Assembly: GCA_965219085.1 (NCBI GenBank)
Contig: OZ244720.1
Location: forward strand, 128,001 to 192,000
Source: Dehalococcoidia bacterium
GTDB taxonomy: Bacteria > Chloroflexota > Dehalococcoidia > UBA2979
Length of the DNA: 64,000 bases
Direction: 5' to 3'
Positions 1 through 9,719 of the stretch are shown one piece after another. The notes under the pieces are model-generated. The model was given only the letters and a program-made list of their open reading frames with translations, was not told where the DNA came from and searched no databases. A program made the position numbers and the translations under genes. How positions within the stretch are numbered: position 1 is the stretch's first letter; each line of letters begins with the position of its first letter.

Positions 1-1083
1 GTGCTCGCGTTCGGCGGGCCGGTCGCGCACATCGCGATGATGGAGGACGAGTACGTCCGCCGCCGCAACTGGCTGTCGAGCGAGTCGTTCTCGCGCGCCC
101 TCGCGGCGACGAACCTCGTGCCCGGCCCGAACTCGACGGAGATGGCGATCCACCTCGGCCATCGCCGCAAGGGCATCGCCGGCGGCCTGATCTCCGGCTT
201 CGCATTCATCGTCCCCGCCGCACTCATGGTGGGCGTGCTGTCGTGGGCGTACTTCGAGTGGGGCACGACCCCCCGAGTCGACGACCTCCTGACCGGCATC
301 CGGCCCGCCATCGTCGTGCTCGTTGCGCTCGCCGCGTGGCGGCTGCGCCGCCCCGCGATCCGCGGGCCGATGCCGATCGCGCTCGCCGCCGCGGCGTTCG
401 TCGTCGCCGTGCTCGCGGCGCCGTGGGTGCTGTTCGTGCTACTCGGCGCGGGCGTACTCGCGCTGCTCGTGCGCTGGGCGGGCTGGACGAAGCTGCTCGC
501 GGCGCTCCCGGCGATGCCGATGGCGCCGCACGGCTTCCAGATGGCCGCCTGGAGCGCGCCCGACGCGCTCGTGATCGCGCTCATCCACCTCAAGACCGGC
601 GCGCTGCTCTTCGGCGGGGGCTACGTCATGATCCCGCTGCTGCAGCCCGACGCCGTCGCGCAGGGCTGGGTCACCAACGGGCAGTTCCTTGACGGCATCG
701 CGATCGGGCAGTCCACGCCCGGCCCGATCGTGACGACGGCGACGTTCGTCGGCTACGCCGCTGCCGGCTGGTGGGGCGCGGCCATCGCCACGGCGGCCGT
801 CTTCGCCCCCGCCTTCGTGTTCGCCCTGTCGCTCGGCCGCGTGCTCGACCGTTTCTCCGACTCGCCGAACGCGACGGCATTCCTCGACGCGGTCGCGGCA
901 GCGGTGTTCGGCGCGATCGCCGGCGCGGCGCTGCTCCTCCTGCTCGAACTCGAGCTCGACGTGCTCAGCGTCGTCCTCGTTGCCGCGAGCGGGGTGGTGC
1001 TGCTGCGTGGACTTGTGCCGTCGTACGCGTGGATCGCCGCGGCCGGAGCGGCCGGGCTGCTCTACGGCGCCGTGGTAACGTAG
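1..1083 (+). CDS. chrA: Chromate efflux transporter ChrA (5' end probably just outside window)
   Basis: Two CHR half-domains: AFGGPVAHIAMM..NLVPGPNSTE and FGGGYV..GQSTPGP; hydrophobic. Confidence 0.9.
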   Translation: MLAFGGPVAHIAMMEDEYVRRRNWLSSESFSRALAATNLVPGPNSTEMAIHLGHRRKGIAGGLISGFAFIVPAALMVGVLSWAYFEWGTTPRVDDLLTGIRPAIVVLVALAAWRLRRPAIRGPMPIALAAAAFVVAVLAAPWVLFVLLGAGVLALLVRWAGWTKLLAALPAMPMAPHGFQMAAWSAPDALVIALIHLKTGALLFGGGYVMIPLLQPDAVAQGWVTNGQFLDGIAIGQSTPGPIVTTATFVGYAAAGWWGAAIATAAVFAPAFVFALSLGRVLDRFSDSPNATAFLDAVAAAVFGAIAGAALLLLLELELDVLSVVLVAASGVVLLRGLVPSYAWIAAAGAAGLLYGAVVT

Positions 1084-1087
1084 CCGC

Positions 1088-1861
1088 GTGCGCAGCGTCA
1101 ACGTCGAGGTCACCGAGTCGGCCCGCCTCTACGGGCAGACCCACGTGCTGTGGACCACCATGCCCGAGGGGCTGCGCCACGCCACCCCCGGACAGTTCGT
1201 CATGGCGTACGCCGGCGAGGACCTCGACCCGCTGCTCGGCCGCGCGTTCTCGTTCCACCGCGTGCGCGAGGGCCCGGGCGGGCCCGAGTTCGCCCTGCTC
1301 TTCGACGTCGTCGGCCGCGGCACGGACTGGCTCGCGCGCCGCGCGCCGGGCGACGCCGTGCGCGTCGTGGGACCGCTTGGCCGCGGCTACGAGCCGCGCG
1401 CGCGTGTCGGCCACATGCTGCTGGTCGCCGGCGGCATCGGCTGCGCGCCCCTCGTGTGGCTCGCCGACCGCTTCGTGGACGAGGGCCGCGCCGTGACGCT
1501 CCTCCTCGGCGGATCGTCCGAGGCGGCGATCTTCCCGCCGCGGTTGCTGCCCGAGGCCGTCGAGGTCGTCGTGGCGACCGAGGACGGATCGCTGGGCGAG
1601 CACGGGCTGGTGACGAAGCCGTTCGAGCGGCTCCTGCCGTGGGCGGATCAGGCGTTCGCCTGCGGCCCGAACGCGATGTTCGAGGCGCTGTTCGGCGTCG
1701 TGCGCCGGTCAGGACTACGCAAGCCGGTGCAGGGCCTGCTCGAGGAGAGCATGGCGTGCGGGATGGGCATCTGCTACGGCTGCGCGGTGTTCCCGCGTCG
1801 CGGCGGCGTCAAGCTCGTCTGCACCGACGGGCCGATGTTCGACCTGCGGGACATCTACTGA
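1088..1861 (+). CDS. pyrK: Dihydroorotate dehydrogenase electron transfer subunit
   Basis: PGQF, RAFS, GPLGRGY, AGGIGCAP, C-terminal MACGMGICYGC..VCTDGPMF 2Fe-2S motif. Confidence 0.9.
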   Translation: MRSVNVEVTESARLYGQTHVLWTTMPEGLRHATPGQFVMAYAGEDLDPLLGRAFSFHRVREGPGGPEFALLFDVVGRGTDWLARRAPGDAVRVVGPLGRGYEPRARVGHMLLVAGGIGCAPLVWLADRFVDEGRAVTLLLGGSSEAAIFPPRLLPEAVEVVVATEDGSLGEHGLVTKPFERLLPWADQAFACGPNAMFEALFGVVRRSGLRKPVQGLLEESMACGMGICYGCAVFPRRGGVKLVCTDGPMFDLRDIY

Positions 1862-1889
1862 TGGGACGTCGAGCGAGGCAGGTCGTGCG

Positions 1890-2159
1890 GTGATCGGGAA
1901 CATGTTCCGCCTGTACCTCCCCGTCCTCGGCGGGCTCGTGACCGGCGCCTGGATCGGGGGCGTCGTGCTCGACGCCGATCCGGCGCTCCTCGGCTGGATC
2001 TTCGGCGCTGGCGCCGGCCTGATGGGTGGAGCGTTCATCGCGGCCATCGTCGGCAACGTGCCGCTGGCCGGAAGCGGCGGCGGCGTCCGCCACGCGACGT
2101 TCCCCGGCGACGAGCTTGGCTATGACGACGATGACGAGTGGGACGACGATCGCGAGTGA
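1890..2159 (+). CDS. Small hypothetical membrane protein with acidic tail
   Basis: Two Gly-rich TM segments, high GC3, follows pyrK. Confidence 0.6.
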   Translation: MIGNMFRLYLPVLGGLVTGAWIGGVVLDADPALLGWIFGAGAGLMGGAFIAAIVGNVPLAGSGGGVRHATFPGDELGYDDDDEWDDDRE

Positions 2160-2171
2160 CCACCGGCGAAG

Positions 2172-2190
2172 TGCTATCATTGCGATAGCA
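2172..2190. promoter_or_regulatory. Putative antitoxin operator TGCTATC-N5-GATAGCA
   Basis: Perfect 7-bp inverted repeat about 20 bp upstream of the RHH antitoxin start, overlapping a TATCAT -10-like hexamer. Confidence 0.6.
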
Positions 2191-2209
2191 TTCGTGACGG
2201 GAGCCCCGC

Positions 2210-2473
2210 ATGGCAACAGTGAACGTACGACGCCTCGACGACGTCGTCGTCCGCAAGCTCAAGGAGCGGGCGGCCGCGAACAACCGCTCACTCGAGGCGG
2301 AGCTACGCCACATACTCGAACAGGTCGTGGCCGGGGACGACTATCAGGCGAAGAAGAGGGCGTTCCTCGAGTACTCGAAGAAGCTGCGCGCGCTCACGGC
2401 CGGCCGCGAGCACACTCGGGCGGAAGAACTGATCAGGGCGAGCCGGGATAGCGGCTACGGACGCGGAACATGA
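2210..2473 (+). CDS. FitA/Arc-like ribbon-helix-helix antitoxin
   Basis: MATVNVRRLDD..LKERAAANNRSLEAELRHIL; ATGA overlap with PIN gene. Confidence 0.85.
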   Translation: MATVNVRRLDDVVVRKLKERAAANNRSLEAELRHILEQVVAGDDYQAKKRAFLEYSKKLRALTAGREHTRAEELIRASRDSGYGRGT

Positions 2474-2898
2474 CGCAGTTGGTGGTCGACGCCAACGTCG
2501 CGGTCAAATGGCTCGTGGACGAGGAGCAGGTTGAGGAAGCCTCCCGCGTTCTGCTGGGCGACTCCGAGCTCCACGCTCCTCGGTTCATGGCTGCCGAGGT
2601 GGCTGACGTTCTGTGGCAAAAGGCGCGCCGAGGTGAGATCGAGCCCGCAACCGCCGGCACACTCGCCGACACCGTGCATGGTCTGCCCCTGCACTGGGCG
2701 AACGACGAGGCGTTCCTCAGCGACGCCGTGCGACTCGCCATCGAGCTCGACCACCCGGCGTACGACTGTATGTACCTCGCGCTCGCGCACGAACTCGGCG
2801 CGCCCCTTGTGACCGCGGATATGCGCTTCGTGAACCGCGTCGCCTTGACCACGCACGCCAGCGCGGTCATCAGCCTCTCCGAGTATCGCGGCCAGTAG
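2470..2898 (+). CDS. vapC: VapC/FitB-type PIN-domain toxin
   Basis: VVDANV, AYDCMYLALA, LVTAD PIN acidic motifs. Confidence 0.9.
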   Translation: MTQLVVDANVAVKWLVDEEQVEEASRVLLGDSELHAPRFMAAEVADVLWQKARRGEIEPATAGTLADTVHGLPLHWANDEAFLSDAVRLAIELDHPAYDCMYLALAHELGAPLVTADMRFVNRVALTTHASAVISLSEYRGQ

Positions 2899-2913
2899 TG
2901 GCGGGATGCCGCG

Positions 2914-4263
2914 TTACACCCCCACCTGGTCCATCATCGTCCCCACATCGATGTAGTGGTCGGCGAGGGCGCGCATCTCGATCGAGGTGCTGCCGCTGAA
3001 CGCGATCACCTCCACGCGCACGCCGCGGCTCTGCAGCAACTCCACCACGCTCGAGAAGTCCGCGTCGCCGGACACGAGCGCCACGACGTCGAGGCGCTCG
3101 GCCATCGTGACCATGTCGATGGCCATCTCGACGTCGAAGTTGCCCTTGATCGAGCCGTCGGCGAAGCGTTTGAGCGGCTTCGTGACGATGCGATAGTCGT
3201 ACGGGACGAACGGCGCGACGAAGCGCTGCCGCTCGACCGGCTCCCCCGGGTCGTCGGAGACGGGGGCGTAGGCCGCCGCACGGATCAGTTCACGGCCGGT
3301 CCTGAGGTAGTCGAGGAGCCTGCCCATGTCGACGGTGGCGCCGGCCGGCCCGCCCTCGCCACGCTCGGCGCCGTAAATGAGGTTCGGCACGTCCACGAAC
3401 ACACCGAGCCGCAGCTTGCGGCTGTTGCGCTCCTGCTGCTCGCGCAGCGCGTCCAGGGCCTGGGTCTGCGCCTCCATCACCGACTGCATCGCTCGCAACT
3501 GCTCGGCCAGAGCCGTGGCGTCTGGAGTGGCCTCGGCTGCAGCGGCCGCCGCCGTACTGCGCCGGCGTCGAGGCGCGGGCTTCGCCTCGGCCTGTTCCGC
3601 CTCGGCAGGCTCGGCCGCGGCTGCGGCACGACGGCGACGAAGCGCCGGCGTTGCCTCGGCCTGCTCCGCCTCGGCCGTCTCGGCCGCGGCTGCGGCACGA
3701 CGGCGACGAGGCGCCGGCGTTGCCTCGGCCTGCTCCGCCTCGGCCGTCTCGGCTGCGGCTGCGCCGCGGCGGCGTCGAGGCGCGGGCTTCGCCTCGGCCT
3801 GCTCCGCCTCGGCCGTCTCGGCTGCGGCGGCGCCACGGCGGCGTCGAGGCGCGGGCGTTGCCTCGGCCTGCTCCGCCTCGGCTGCCTCGGCAGCGGCGGC
3901 GCCACGCCGGCGTCGAGGCGCGGGCTTCGCCTCGGCCTGCTCCGCCTCGGCTGCCTCGGCGGCTGCCGCGCCGCGGCGGCGTCGAGGCGCCGGCGTTGCC
4001 TCGGCCTGTTCCGCGTCGGCGGGCTCGGCCTTGGCGGTGCTCCGGCGCGTCGAGGCAGCGCGCCTGCGTGTGGCCGGCTTTGCGGACTCCTCGGCTGGCG
4101 CGTCCTCGGCGGGTGGGTTGGCGGGCCGGCGGCCGGCGATGCGCGGGTCGTCGAGGACGCTGCCGCCGTCCCCGTCTCCCTTGGCGCGGTCGCGCGCGCC
4201 GCGTGTGCCGCGGCGCCGCGGCGTCGTGCTCTCGGGTTCTTGCTTCTCTTCGTCGGGGGCCAC
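2914..4263 (-). CDS. NYN/LabA (DUF88) PIN-like nuclease with long low-complexity N-terminus
   Basis: VFVDVPNL, KGNFDVEMAIDM, LVSGDADF, GVRVEV motifs in the C-terminal ~165 aa. Confidence 0.85.
   Translation of the reverse strand: MAPDEEKQEPESTTPRRRGTRGARDRAKGDGDGGSVLDDPRIAGRRPANPPAEDAPAEESAKPATRRRAASTRRSTAKAEPADAEQAEATPAPRRRRGAAAAEAAEAEQAEAKPAPRRRRGAAAAEAAEAEQAEATPAPRRRRGAAAAETAEAEQAEAKPAPRRRRGAAAAETAEAEQAEATPAPRRRRAAAAAETAEAEQAEATPALRRRRAAAAAEPAEAEQAEAKPAPRRRRSTAAAAAAEATPDATALAEQLRAMQSVMEAQTQALDALREQQERNSRKLRLGVFVDVPNLIYGAERGEGGPAGATVDMGRLLDYLRTGRELIRAAAYAPVSDDPGEPVERQRFVAPFVPYDYRIVTKPLKRFADGSIKGNFDVEMAIDMVTMAERLDVVALVSGDADFSSVVELLQSRGVRVEVIAFSGSTSIEMRALADHYIDVGTMMDQVGV
3545..4025 (-). repeat. 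69-bp (23-aa) intragenic tandem repeat, 7 copies: AEQAEA(T/K)PAPRRRR(G/A)AAAAE(A/T)AE
   Basis: Directly visible in DNA and translation. Confidence 0.95.
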
Positions 4264-4273
4264 AAGCGCCCTC

Positions 4274-5314
<1,041 letters not shown>

Positions 5315-5575
5315 GGTGGATCCTCACCTGGATATATCTTCGCGGTTTCCGGCCCGACGAGGAAACCCTCGGGGCGTCATATGCGTTGTACCTGATGTAG
5401 ACAGTATGCGCCGGGCGAGCCGAGGAACGCTCGATGGGCACGCTGCCGGAAGCGGTTGGAGCGGTCGGGATGCATGTACGTTCGTGGATCTGGTCCGTTT
5501 CGGGCGCGCGCAGGCGGTGTGGAGACGGGTCATCGGCGCTTTACCGCAGTTTACAACCATTTAATGGCTTTAAGC

Positions 5576-5605
5576 TTGACACGATACATTTTTCACCGCT
5601 ATAGT
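5576..5605 (+). promoter_or_regulatory. Sigma70-type promoter TTGACA-N18-TATAGT
   Basis: Near-consensus hexamers in an AT-rich patch upstream of 5719. Confidence 0.7.
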
Positions 5606-5718
5606 TTGGGTCGCAGGTCATCCGCCTGCGCTGCGATCCCACCGCAGACTGATTGCTATGGATGACGTCTCCGGCAGGCGTGGAGGGCCTGCATCGGCGT
5701 CGAAGAAAGGGGCGAGCG

Positions 5719-5970
5719 ATGGCAACCGTAATCGAGGCGAACACGCCGGCTATCGGGGTTTGCACCCACCACTGGGTGATCGAGCCTCCGAACGGCCGCA
5801 CGAGCCCGGGCATCTGCAAGCGTTGCGGCGAGCACCGCGACTTCGCGAATGCAAACGAGAGCGTGATGTGGGAGCAGACGAACACGCTTCGCACCTCCCC
5901 CACCGCCGGTCTCCGCAACATTCCGCGGCCGTCCGAGGTACGCCTCTCCGACGAGATCGTCACGAACTAA
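5719..5970 (+). CDS. Small Cys/His (zinc-ribbon-like) hypothetical protein
   Basis: AAAGGGG RBS; CTHHWVIE..CKRC motif; own promoter and terminator. Confidence 0.75.
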   Translation: MATVIEANTPAIGVCTHHWVIEPPNGRTSPGICKRCGEHRDFANANESVMWEQTNTLRTSPTAGLRNIPRPSEVRLSDEIVTN

Positions 5971-5993
5971 CCCGCTCCAACCGGGCGGTCACC

Positions 5994-6019
5994 GGGACGG
6001 CGCCTTCGGGCGCCGTCCC
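5994..6019 (+). terminator. GC hairpin (11-bp stem, TTCG loop)
   Basis: GGGACGGCGCC-TTCG-GGCGCCGTCCC just after the stop; weak U tail. Confidence 0.65.
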
Positions 6020-6086
6020 TGCGTGTCCGACCCCGCCGCTCCCAACCACCGCGCCCCGGCTATCATGACCTCGGGAGGATCGCGCG

Positions 6087-7022
6087 GTGCAGCCTGACCT
6101 CAGCGTCGTGATCGGCCGGCACGCCAAGCAGGAGTTGCTGATGCGCAACCCTGTCATGACGGCATCCGGGACCTTCTCGAACGGCCTCGAGTTCGCCCGC
6201 CGCTTCGACCTCGACGCGCTCGGGGGGCTCGTCTCCAAGGGCACCACGCTGCGCTCGCGCCAGGGCAACCCGCAGCCGCGCATCGTCGAGACGCCGGCCG
6301 GCATGATCAACTCGATCGGCTTCCAGAACATCGGCGTCGGCGCGATCATCAGCGAGGTCGCGCCCGTGTGGGCGCGCTGGGACGTCCCTGTCGTCGTCAA
6401 CATCATGGGCTACACCGTCCGCGAGTACGGCGTGCTCGCCGAGCGCCTCGAAGGCGTGCCCGGCGTCGCGGCCATCGAGGTCAACGTCTCCTGCCCGAAC
6501 GTCGAGTCGGGCGGGATCGAGTTCGGCCAGGACTGCGCCCTCACCGCCGAGGTGACGGCCGAGGTGCGCCGCCACACCTCGCTGCCGTTCGCAGTCAAAC
6601 TCACTCCGGCAGTCTCCGACCCGCGCCCATTCGTCGAGGCGGTCGAGGAGGCCGGCGCCGACGCGATCTCGCTCGTGAACACCGTGCCGGCGATGGCGAT
6701 CGACACCGTGCGCCGCCGGCCGGTGATCGCGACGGTGTTCGGGGGGCTCTCCGGGCCGGCGCTCAAGCCCATCGCGCTGCGCCACGTGTACCTCGCGGCC
6801 TCGGTGACCTCGCTGCCCATCCTTGCCGCCGGGGGCGTCTCGACCGGGCACGACGCGGTCGAGTTCCTGATGGCCGGCGCGAGCGCCGTGCAGGTGGGGA
6901 CGGCGACGTTCCGCGATCCCGCGACCCCGTGGCGCGTGCTCGACGAGCTGCGCGCCTGGTGCGAGGCCGAGGGCGTCACGCACCTGGACGAGATCGTGGG
7001 CGCGGCGCAGCGGCGCGACTGA
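6087..7022 (+). CDS. pyrD: Dihydroorotate dehydrogenase catalytic subunit (family 1B)
   Basis: NPVMTASGT, GNPQPR, NVSCPN, KLTP, GGLSGPALKP. Confidence 0.93.
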   Translation: MQPDLSVVIGRHAKQELLMRNPVMTASGTFSNGLEFARRFDLDALGGLVSKGTTLRSRQGNPQPRIVETPAGMINSIGFQNIGVGAIISEVAPVWARWDVPVVVNIMGYTVREYGVLAERLEGVPGVAAIEVNVSCPNVESGGIEFGQDCALTAEVTAEVRRHTSLPFAVKLTPAVSDPRPFVEAVEEAGADAISLVNTVPAMAIDTVRRRPVIATVFGGLSGPALKPIALRHVYLAASVTSLPILAAGGVSTGHDAVEFLMAGASAVQVGTATFRDPATPWRVLDELRAWCEAEGVTHLDEIVGAAQRRD

Positions 7023-7372
7023 TGGCGCGCGCAGCCTGGATCCTGCCGTGGCTGCTGCCGATCGCCTTCGCGGCCGGCGCGTGGTTCCTGGCGGCGTTCC
7101 GCATCATGCATCGCCTGGGCGCCGGGGAAGCGGCCGCGGCGGCCGGCCTCGTCGTCGCGCTCGCCGTGGCGACGACGCTGTGGCGGTGGGCCGAGCGTGA
7201 CCGCGTACAGCGAGCGATCGAGGCGGGCCGCTGCCCGCGCTGCGCCTCGATGCTGCTCGTGGAGCACGAACACGGGCGCACCGGGGCGAGCGGCGGCATG
7301 CAGCTGTGGGAGTGCCACGCGTGCGGGTATCGCCGGAGCGAGCCGTTGACGTGCGAGCACTGCCCGCCGTAG
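7022..7372 (+). CDS. Hypothetical membrane protein with C-terminal Cys-rich zinc ribbon
   Basis: ATG overlaps pyrD stop; 2 TM segments then CPRC, CHAC, CEHC. Confidence 0.6.
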   Translation: MARAAWILPWLLPIAFAAGAWFLAAFRIMHRLGAGEAAAAAGLVVALAVATTLWRWAERDRVQRAIEAGRCPRCASMLLVEHEHGRTGASGGMQLWECHACGYRRSEPLTCEHCPP

Positions 7373-7403
7373 CGTCAGATCGGCGGGCCTTCCTGCCCGC
7401 CTT

Positions 7404-7480
7404 CGGGGTGTAGCTCAGCCTGGTAGAGCGCTGCGTTTGGGACGCAGAGGCCCGCAGTTCAAGTCTGCGCACCCCGACCA
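7404..7480 (+). tRNA. tRNA-Pro (anticodon TGG)
   Basis: CGGGGTG acceptor, D-loop, CTGCG-TTTGGGA-CGCAG anticodon arm, GTTCAAGTC T-loop, encoded CCA. Confidence 0.97.
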
Positions 7481-7564
7481 ACCCACCACCCATCGGCAAT
7501 TCGACAGGCGAGGGCCGACTCGCGCGTTGAGGCCGGTCCGCGCGCTTGCTACGCTCGCGAGGTC

Positions 7565-7762
7565 ATGCAAGAGAACCTGCCGCCATACGTCCTCGTCGCC
7601 CGGATCGGCTCCATCCTCGGCATGTCGTTCGCGCTGGCGATCGGCTTGTTGCTGCTGCTCGGCGGGCTCGTGCTGCCCTCGCTCGTGGCGTTCGCCGCGT
7701 TCGTGCCGTCGCTCGGCATCATGGTCTACGCCGAACGCGTCGCCGCCTCGAACAACGAATGA
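7565..7762 (+). CDS. Small hypothetical membrane protein
   Basis: 65 aa, two hydrophobic helices, high GC3. Confidence 0.6.
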   Translation: MQENLPPYVLVARIGSILGMSFALAIGLLLLLGGLVLPSLVAFAAFVPSLGIMVYAERVAASNNE

Positions 7763-7782
7763 CGGCGGTTCACGCCTGGACG

Positions 7783-8664
7783 CTACTCGCCACCCTCGAT
7801 GATGTCGATGCCGAGGATGCGGTCGCCCGGCGGCTGACCGGGCGACTGCGGATCGCGCGGCGTGAGTGCGCGCAGCACGTCGAGCCCCCCGATCACGCGC
7901 CCAAAGACCGTGAACCCCGCCAGCTCGAGGTGTGGCGTCGGGGCGAGCGTGATGAAGAACTGCGAGCCGCTGACGCTGTTGCCGCCCTTCGCCATCGAGA
8001 GCACACCCTCGTCGAACGGCAGGTCGTTCAACTCCTCGACGAGGTCATAGCCGGACGAGCTGAATCCCGTCCCCGTCGGGTCGCCCGCCTGTGCGACGAA
8101 GCCGGGGATGACGCGATGGAACGTGATGCCGTCGTAGAAGCCGTCGCGGGCGAGGAACACGAAGTTGTTGACGTAGCCCGGCGCGTCGGCCGGCAGCAGC
8201 TCGATACGCACGTTGCCCTTCTCGGTGCGTATCAACGCCTCGTAGGAGCCCTCGGGGTCGATGGTCAGCGGCGGGGGCGCGCTGTAGGTGCGCCCATCGC
8301 TCTGCTCGCCGTCCTCGGTGGTCTCCGTATCGTCGCCGGGTGTCTCGGTCGCGTCCGCCGAGTCGCCAGCGCCCTCGTCGGAACCCTCGGCCGCGGCCTC
8401 CGACGTGTCGTCGCCGGCCTCGGCGGTGGCCTCCGGGACGGTGGGTGTCGGGCCGGCCGTGCCGAGCCCGCCACCGAAGAAGACGGCGCCGAGGCTCACG
8501 ACCAGCACGACGATGCCGATCGCGTAGAACGGGCGCTGGCGACGCTGCAACCAGCCGAACATACCGGGGAACTGCATCGGACCGACGGTTTCGAAGCCCT
8601 GACCGCGATCGCGCCGGCGGCGATCGCGCCGCTGGCGTCGTCTGCGTCGACGTTCGTCGCTCAC
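7783..8664 (-). CDS. Membrane-anchored cyclophilin-type peptidyl-prolyl isomerase
   Basis: FYDGITFHRVIPGFVAQAGDP, GSQFFITL, TVFGRV; N-terminal TM and acidic linker. Confidence 0.9.
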   Translation of the reverse strand: MSDERRRRRRQRRDRRRRDRGQGFETVGPMQFPGMFGWLQRRQRPFYAIGIVVLVVSLGAVFFGGGLGTAGPTPTVPEATAEAGDDTSEAAAEGSDEGAGDSADATETPGDDTETTEDGEQSDGRTYSAPPPLTIDPEGSYEALIRTEKGNVRIELLPADAPGYVNNFVFLARDGFYDGITFHRVIPGFVAQAGDPTGTGFSSSGYDLVEELNDLPFDEGVLSMAKGGNSVSGSQFFITLAPTPHLELAGFTVFGRVIGGLDVLRALTPRDPQSPGQPPGDRILGIDIIEGGE

Positions 8665-9157
8665 GTGTCTCCGGCCTCTCCAACCATGCGGTGTACGGCT
8701 GCAGCGAGCTCGTCCGGGCTCTGGCTATTCACGTAGTAGCGGCGTCCGTCCCTGGTGCCACGGCAACGCCGCCGCGGAGAAACGGCACGGAGCAGGCCCG
8801 TGCGGAGCGCCCGTCGCCCTTGCCCCAGCGCAGGCCCCGGCCACCGTACGCCAGCCAGCGGTACGGCGCGACGCGCACTTCCTCGATCGCCTGGCCGTCA
8901 AGCGTGCAGCCGAACGAACCGAGCCGTACTCGCAGCGGGCTCTCATCCACCGCGATGCGGACGACCAGGAACGCGCGCACCATGCCAGTCAGCACGCCGC
9001 CCGTGCCCGCGAGGATGACGCCTGTCAATATCTCGCCCGCGACGACGAAGAGCCACAGGCCGAGCAAGCACGTCGCGACCGTCGTCGCGAGTACGGCGAT
9101 GGTGAGCCAGCCTGGGCTGTGAACGTGCTCGGAGTACCGCATCAGTGGTGCACTCAT
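8661..9157 (-). pseudogene. Frameshifted hypothetical membrane protein
   Basis: ORF 8729..9157 continues after a shift near 8758 as TRDGRRYYVNSQSPDELAAAV to a TGA overlapping the cyclophilin GTG. Confidence 0.55.
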
Positions 9158-9278
9158 CCGACAGCGGCAAGCCGCGCTGGTTGACCGCCGACGACTGTGC
9201 TACGGGCATGACGTGCTCGCCGGGTGGCCAGGCGCCGGCCAACGACCGGCTGCAGACGAAGCGGATCGCGCCGGCGGG

Positions 9279-9719
9279 TTATTCCGCGGCGTCAGCGTTG
9301 AGCGCGCTGAAGTTCGCGAGGATCTTCGAGATCACTGCCAACGCCGCCGCTCGTTCGTCGTCGCTCACGCCGTCCAGGAGCTTGTCTTCGTACTCCTCGA
9401 CGCGTGCTACCACATCCCGCGCCGCGGTCCGGCCTTCGGCGGTGAGCAACAGTCTGACGACCCGCCGGTCGTCGGAGCGGCGACGCCTACGGAGCAGGCC
9501 TCGCGTAACGAGCGCATTCACCAGACGGCTGATCCGCGAGGCGTCGGCCGGAAGTACCTCCGACAACTCCGTAGCGGTCCACTCGTCGCGCTCGGCGAAG
9601 CACCTGAGCAGAATGAACTCGTTCGCGGTGAACCCGTGGGACGCGACGATGCGGTCGCGTCCCCCAAGGTACGCGTTCGCGAAGGCGGTGACGCTCCCAA
9701 CCAGGGTCGACGGAACCAT
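9279..9719 (-). CDS. MarR family transcriptional regulator
   Basis: ELSEVL..SRISRLVNALVTRGLL..DDRRVVRLLLTAEG winged helix; GGAGG RBS. Confidence 0.85.
   Translation of the reverse strand: MVPSTLVGSVTAFANAYLGGRDRIVASHGFTANEFILLRCFAERDEWTATELSEVLPADASRISRLVNALVTRGLLRRRRRSDDRRVVRLLLTAEGRTAARDVVARVEEYEDKLLDGVSDDERAAALAVISKILANFSALNADAAE

Noticed and set aside
3545-4025. Regular repeats as a possible CRISPR array
   Set aside because: Contiguous in-frame 69-bp coding repeats without unique spacers; no cas genes
9146-9156. TGGTGCACTC as second att copy of the tRNA-Arg 3' end
   Set aside because: Only partial match to TGGTACCCTC and lies within the first codons of a gene
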